Assembly (NCBI GenBank): GCA_030587475.2
Contig: JAUQYZ020000064.1
Location: 1-11,432 of the forward strand
Length of the DNA: 11,432 bases
From: Candidatus Sigynarchaeum calidifontis
GTDB lineage: Archaea; Asgardarchaeota; Lokiarchaeia; Sigyniarchaeales; Sigyniarchaeaceae
Reading direction: 5' to 3'
The notes beneath the pieces were generated by a model. It had not been told where the DNA came from. It saw nothing but the letters and a program-made list of their open reading frames with translations, and did not search any database. Below are positions 7,638-11,432 of the stretch, piece after piece; within the stretch, counting starts at the first letter, position 1; each line of letters begins with the position of its first letter. The position numbers were made by a program, and so were the translations under genes.

Positions 7638-8732
7638 TCACTCGTCATCGTCATCTATGCCCTCGTGACCGCCGAGCCATGACGGTAGGAAAAATTCCGC
7701 CCAAATCTTGCCCGGAAAGTGCGTGCTCAAGTATAACCCCCTTGGATCGAGATTGTGGTAAACTTTCATGATGTCCTCCGGCGCGGCGTCCATGACGATG
7801 TTTTTTCCGGCGGCTTGGATCTTCTTGTAGACGGGAAGCCACGTTTCATGGGCCATCGGGGGCTTGCCGGCGCCGGGAACCCATTGAATGCCGGTTAGCT
7901 CGGGAATGGCCAGTAAATCATCGAGATAGGGCAGCTGGTTTACGCCGTCGAGATGGTAGATGGCATAGTCGAGGTGCCTGCATTGAGCGACAATATCGGG
8001 GAGAACAAAACGTTTAAACCATTTGGGCGAGAGCATGTACGAAAAGTCGCATTGTAACGGGTACCATCGCTTCCGGTTCCACAAGCCCATCCACGCGCTC
8101 GTGCAATGGCAGTGTTCGAGGGTGATCGCCACGAGCTTGTCGAACAACTTGAACGATTTCTCGAGAATGATGGTCCTGCACGTATCAATGATCTCTGGCT
8201 TGTTCCGCATCGCATAGAAGATGTCCTTCGGGGCAAGGAAAGAAGCGAGGATGTCGAGTATACCGCCGTAGTCAGTGGTCGCAACCGCATATTGATCCTT
8301 CGCGTGCTTAGCCGCGTATTCCGTGATGCGCACGAGGCGAGCGTACCATGGATTGTTCATGTTGAACTCGGCGCCTTCGAGCAAGGGCACGATGTCATCG
8401 AGCGATGTCGGCTTGAAAAACCAGACCGTGTCGGACTTGAAGACGGAATCCGCCCCGAACACGCACGCGAAGACACCTGCACCATAATTTGGATTGAACA
8501 CGGGAAAACGCTCGCCGCCAAATTCAATACTGACATGGCTCTTTTCAAAATTATCGATGGCACCTTCGATATCATCGGGATGTTTTGCCAGGTACCAGTG
8601 ATCATAAAATTCACGTGGCACCATATCCGGTTTCGGGCACGTGTAAGCAAGGATCGGGCGATCGGTCGACTCGTGGTTCCACCACGCGTCCATCCGCTGC
8701 TTCGCGGCATTCACATCTTCCTTGTATATCAT
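7638..8732 (-). CDS. Uroporphyrinogen decarboxylase/MtaA-like (URO-D/CIMS) TIM-barrel protein of unknown function
   Basis: N-terminal R..AWW..E.TDRP; QCDFSYMLSPKWFKRFVLP (the family's D....SP..F..F..P pattern); YHLDG; IQWVPGAG; acidic DDDDE tail. Confidence 0.75.
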   Translation of the reverse strand: MIYKEDVNAAKQRMDAWWNHESTDRPILAYTCPKPDMVPREFYDHWYLAKHPDDIEGAIDNFEKSHVSIEFGGERFPVFNPNYGAGVFACVFGADSVFKSDTVWFFKPTSLDDIVPLLEGAEFNMNNPWYARLVRITEYAAKHAKDQYAVATTDYGGILDILASFLAPKDIFYAMRNKPEIIDTCRTIILEKSFKLFDKLVAITLEHCHCTSAWMGLWNRKRWYPLQCDFSYMLSPKWFKRFVLPDIVAQCRHLDYAIYHLDGVNQLPYLDDLLAIPELTGIQWVPGAGKPPMAHETWLPVYKKIQAAGKNIVMDAAPEDIMKVYHNLDPRGLYLSTHFPGKIWAEFFLPSWLGGHEGIDDDDE

Positions 8733-8780
8733 AGTTATAACTCGGTAGCATGAAATAAATAAATATCACATACTCGGTTA
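8733..8780 (-). promoter_or_regulatory. Putative archaeal TATA promoter of the URO-D-like gene (leaderless or short leader)
   Basis: Minus strand reads TATTTATTTATTT about 21-33 nt upstream of ATG 8732, with no clear Shine-Dalgarno; flanked by two ACCGAGT copies. Confidence 0.45.
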
Positions 8781-8828
8781 GAAAAAACGTGCGATGATGC
8801 TTTGAAAAACAAATATAGATAAATTAAA

Positions 8829-9857
8829 CTATTTCTTGGAGGGTTTCACGAAGAGCTTGCGGAGCTCGTCCCCTGTTTTTTGAAGAAGGTTATTCCCTTC
8901 TGCCTCGCGCATTTTCTTTAGCGTTGGCATACCATTGTTTGCTTCTGCCATCCATTCCCTCGCGAACGCGCCCGATTCGCAGTCTTGTAGCATTTTCTTC
9001 ATGACCGGCTTGATCACAGCACGGTCGATGACGAGTTTGCCGCGAGTACGGCCGCCATACTCTGCCGTGTTGGAGACCTTTCGGTACATTTCCTCTATGC
9101 CTCCCTTGTAGATGAGGTCCGTGATAAGCTTGAGCTCGTGGCTGGCCTCGAAGTATGCCATTTCCGGGGGATAACCGGCCTCGACCATTGTTTCAAAGGA
9201 AGCCTGGATCAGTTCGGCAACACCGCCGCAGAGCACGGATTGCTCGCCAAAGAGGTCGGTGAAGGTCTCGAGGTCGAAGGGAGACATGCCCTCGCGCGGT
9301 GGCTTGAAACTGTTGAGATCGATGACCCCTGCCATGGTGAAATGCATGGCCTTGGCCATAGCGAGTGCTTTCTTGAGCGCCGTGCCCGTCGCGTCTTGAT
9401 GAACGGCAACGAGGGCGGGTACGCCGAATCCTTCGAGATAAGTCTGCCGTTCGGATGGGCCCGGTGACTTGGGGGCGACCATAAACACGTCAACATCTTT
9501 TGGCGGGACGATGAGCTTGTAGGAGATGTTAAAGCCATGCGAGAAGCACAGCGCCTTTCCCTTGGTCATAGCGGGGGCAATTTCTTCCTTGTAGACCTTC
9601 GCTTGCAGCTGGTCGGGGATCAGGATTTGCACGATGTCCCCCTTTTTTGCTGCATCTGCGATGGTGAGTACCTCGAAGCCGTCCTTTTTTGCCTGGTTCC
9701 ACGATTCGCCGTCTTTGCGAACGCCGATAACGACCTTCACTCCCGAGTCCCGCATCATGGCCGATTGGGCCTGGCCCTGGGATCCATAGCCAATCACTGC
9801 GACCGTGAGTTTTTTTATTGCATCCAACGAGGCATCTTGTTCTCGATAAATTTTCAT
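8829..9857 (-). CDS. ilvC: Ketol-acid reductoisomerase (class I, short form)
   Basis: VAVIGYGSQG, LIPD, FSHGFNI, MVAPKSPG, TDLFGEQSVLCGG, AYFE..HELKLI.DLIY.GG, SNTAEYG. Confidence 0.97.
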   Translation of the reverse strand: MKIYREQDASLDAIKKLTVAVIGYGSQGQAQSAMMRDSGVKVVIGVRKDGESWNQAKKDGFEVLTIADAAKKGDIVQILIPDQLQAKVYKEEIAPAMTKGKALCFSHGFNISYKLIVPPKDVDVFMVAPKSPGPSERQTYLEGFGVPALVAVHQDATGTALKKALAMAKAMHFTMAGVIDLNSFKPPREGMSPFDLETFTDLFGEQSVLCGGVAELIQASFETMVEAGYPPEMAYFEASHELKLITDLIYKGGIEEMYRKVSNTAEYGGRTRGKLVIDRAVIKPVMKKMLQDCESGAFAREWMAEANNGMPTLKKMREAEGNNLLQKTGDELRKLFVKPSKK

Positions 9858-9943
9858 ATGTCGATCACTTGCTTGTTCGTGTCCTTTTAATTGCGTCCTG
9901 GAGAAAAACCCTTGCTCGTGGCAGCTATGGGACCCGAACCACT

Positions 9944-10864
9944 TCAGCGTGTCCTTTTATGCTTGATGAATGTCCCGTTGCGATATTCTTCGAATGCGAT
10001 CCGCAATTCTTCTTGCGTGTTCATAACGATCGGCCCATACCATGCCACTGGTTCTTTTATTGGTTTCCCTGCCACGAGCAAGAAACGACTTGGCATCGCA
10101 TCTGTCATGATGGTAACGAAATCACCATCATCAAATATCACGAGAGATTCGTGCCCGAGCTTGCATTCTCTTTCTATATTCCACCAACCGCGCCCACGCA
10201 TGGTGAAAGCAAACGCGTCGCGCGAATCGTCGAAATATGCTGCACCCTCTATCGTGTATGCAAATACCGTGTGCCCTCGTGGTATAAGATGCTTGAATTC
10301 AGTTTTCGGAGGGATTGTCACGTCAAGATACTGGGGATCCGTGATTATATCCTTGACCGGCCCCTTGGTTCCTTGGAACGACCCGGCCACGACCTTGACG
10401 CGTGTCCCTGAATCCAGGACAACCTCGGGAATGTCAGCCTGCATAACGCCCCGGTATCGCGGTTCCATCATCTTGTGCGATCGCGGGAGATTTGCCCAGA
10501 GCTGGAAGCCCCACATGTGCTTGTCCGGTTCGTTGCTCTTCGGCATCTCTTGATGGATGATACCGCTTCCCGCGGTCATCCATTGGACATCGCCGGGACG
10601 AATGGTGCCCGTGTTCCCCATGCTATCGCTATGATCGATTTCACCGTGGAGCATATAGGTAATCGTCTCGATGCCTCTATGCGGATGCCAAGGGAACCCG
10701 GCAAGGTAATCGTCAGGATTGCTCGAATGAAAGTCGTCCAGGAGAAGAAAGGGATCGAGGGACGGGCTTTCTTGAAAGCCGAATGCCCTTTTTAAATGCA
10801 CTCCAGCGCCCTCGATCGTGGGAATACTCTTGGAAACGTGTTTAACTCTTCTAATCGAAACCAT
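9944..10864 (-). CDS. Pirin family protein (bicupin)
   Basis: EGAGV, LDPFLLLD, GFPWHPHRGIETITY, WMTAGSGIIHQE, GFQLWANLP, EPVAWYGPIVMNT. Metal ligands H-x-H...H-x-E intact. Start likely ATG 10864 rather than 10897. Confidence 0.95.
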   Translation of the reverse strand: MVSIRRVKHVSKSIPTIEGAGVHLKRAFGFQESPSLDPFLLLDDFHSSNPDDYLAGFPWHPHRGIETITYMLHGEIDHSDSMGNTGTIRPGDVQWMTAGSGIIHQEMPKSNEPDKHMWGFQLWANLPRSHKMMEPRYRGVMQADIPEVVLDSGTRVKVVAGSFQGTKGPVKDIITDPQYLDVTIPPKTEFKHLIPRGHTVFAYTIEGAAYFDDSRDAFAFTMRGRGWWNIERECKLGHESLVIFDDGDFVTIMTDAMPSRFLLVAGKPIKEPVAWYGPIVMNTQEELRIAFEEYRNGTFIKHKRTR

Positions 10865-11022
10865 CGTGGATCGTCGAGAGAATTCGGTGAATCGCAATAA
10901 AAAAGTGCTTGTTATGAAACCTCATCTCGGGTTATCGGGGAAGGCTGGTATTGTTCATAAAAGTAGGCTCTGCGGGAGTAGTGAGACGTACTTATTTGTG
11001 CCAACACGCCAGTGGATATATC

Positions 11023-11432
11023 ATGGAAGACCACAGCGGCAGATCAAGGCCGGAACCGATCTCGGAAAGCGGTTCGAGAAAGGTTAATGGGGGAAAATTC
11101 GGAATCAAACCGCAACACGTCGCCATCATCGCCATTTGCGCTTTGGGTGCCCAGATGTTCGGCTACATGGAACAACAATTGCTGAACACCTACATCGACC
11201 ACATTCTCCGGCTGGAAACGATATTCATCGGGGTCATGGTGAGCTGCTCGGCTATTGCCGGGCTCATCTTCATGTTCGTCTTCGGCATCTTGAGCGACAA
11301 CACGCGGTCTAGATTTGGCCGCCGGCGGCCGTATTTATTAGCCGGGGGGCTGATCGCGGGCAGCGCGATCATCATATTCGGATTTTCCCACGTCATTTTT
11401 GGCCAAACCATCGCCGCGTATGTTTTTTGCTT
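11023..11432 (+). CDS. MFS transporter (GPH/MelB-like sugar-cation symporter type), 3'-truncated by window edge; not in ORF track
   Basis: Open from ATG 11023 to the end: MEDHSG...HVAIIAICALGAQMFGY...IGVMVSCSAIAGLIFMFVFGILSDNTRSRFGRRRPYLLAGGLIAG. Contains the G-x-x-SD-x-TRSRFGRRRPY loop typical of GPH-type MFS proteins. Confidence 0.9.
   Translation, partial: MEDHSGRSRPEPISESGSRKVNGGKFGIKPQHVAIIAICALGAQMFGYMEQQLLNTYIDHILRLETIFIGVMVSCSAIAGLIFMFVFGILSDNTRSRFGRRRPYLLAGGLIAGSAIIIFGFSHVIFGQTIAAYVFC

Noticed and set aside
10900-10965. TTGTTCATAA at 10951-10960, also on the minus strand at 7622-7631, plus inverted TTATGAA at 10912-10918
   Set aside because: Short AT-rich matches in AT-rich spacers with no consistent position relative to starts; too weak to call.
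10818-11411. ORFs 10818-11087 (+) and 11190-11411 (-)
   Set aside because: The first spans the pirin/MFS intergenic region without protein-like features; the second is antisense to the MFS gene.

Overview
An 11.4-kb, gene-dense prokaryotic window with an archaeal look: TATA-like boxes about 25-35 nt upstream of some starts and oligo-T tracts after stops. The combination of a Rab-fold protein, a zinc-ribbon/WD40 protein and sugar genes suggests an Asgard (Lokiarchaeia-like) archaeon, which is inference only. Gene order: multi-zinc-ribbon/7-blade WD40 protein (+, with an anomalous 5' end); sodium:solute symporter (-) preceded by an unannotated 36-aa membrane accessory peptide; divergently, a 182-aa Rab/Ras-fold protein whose five G-boxes are all degenerate (candidate pseudo-GTPase), 3 nt upstream of a GH4 alpha-galactosidase-like enzyme (+); then ilvD, a URO-D-fold protein of unknown function, ilvC and a pirin (all -); and the 5' part of an MFS/GPH-type transporter (+). 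The most notable item is the apparent dead Rab-like GTPase coupled to a glycoside hydrolase. No RNA genes, CRISPR arrays or mobile elements were seen.
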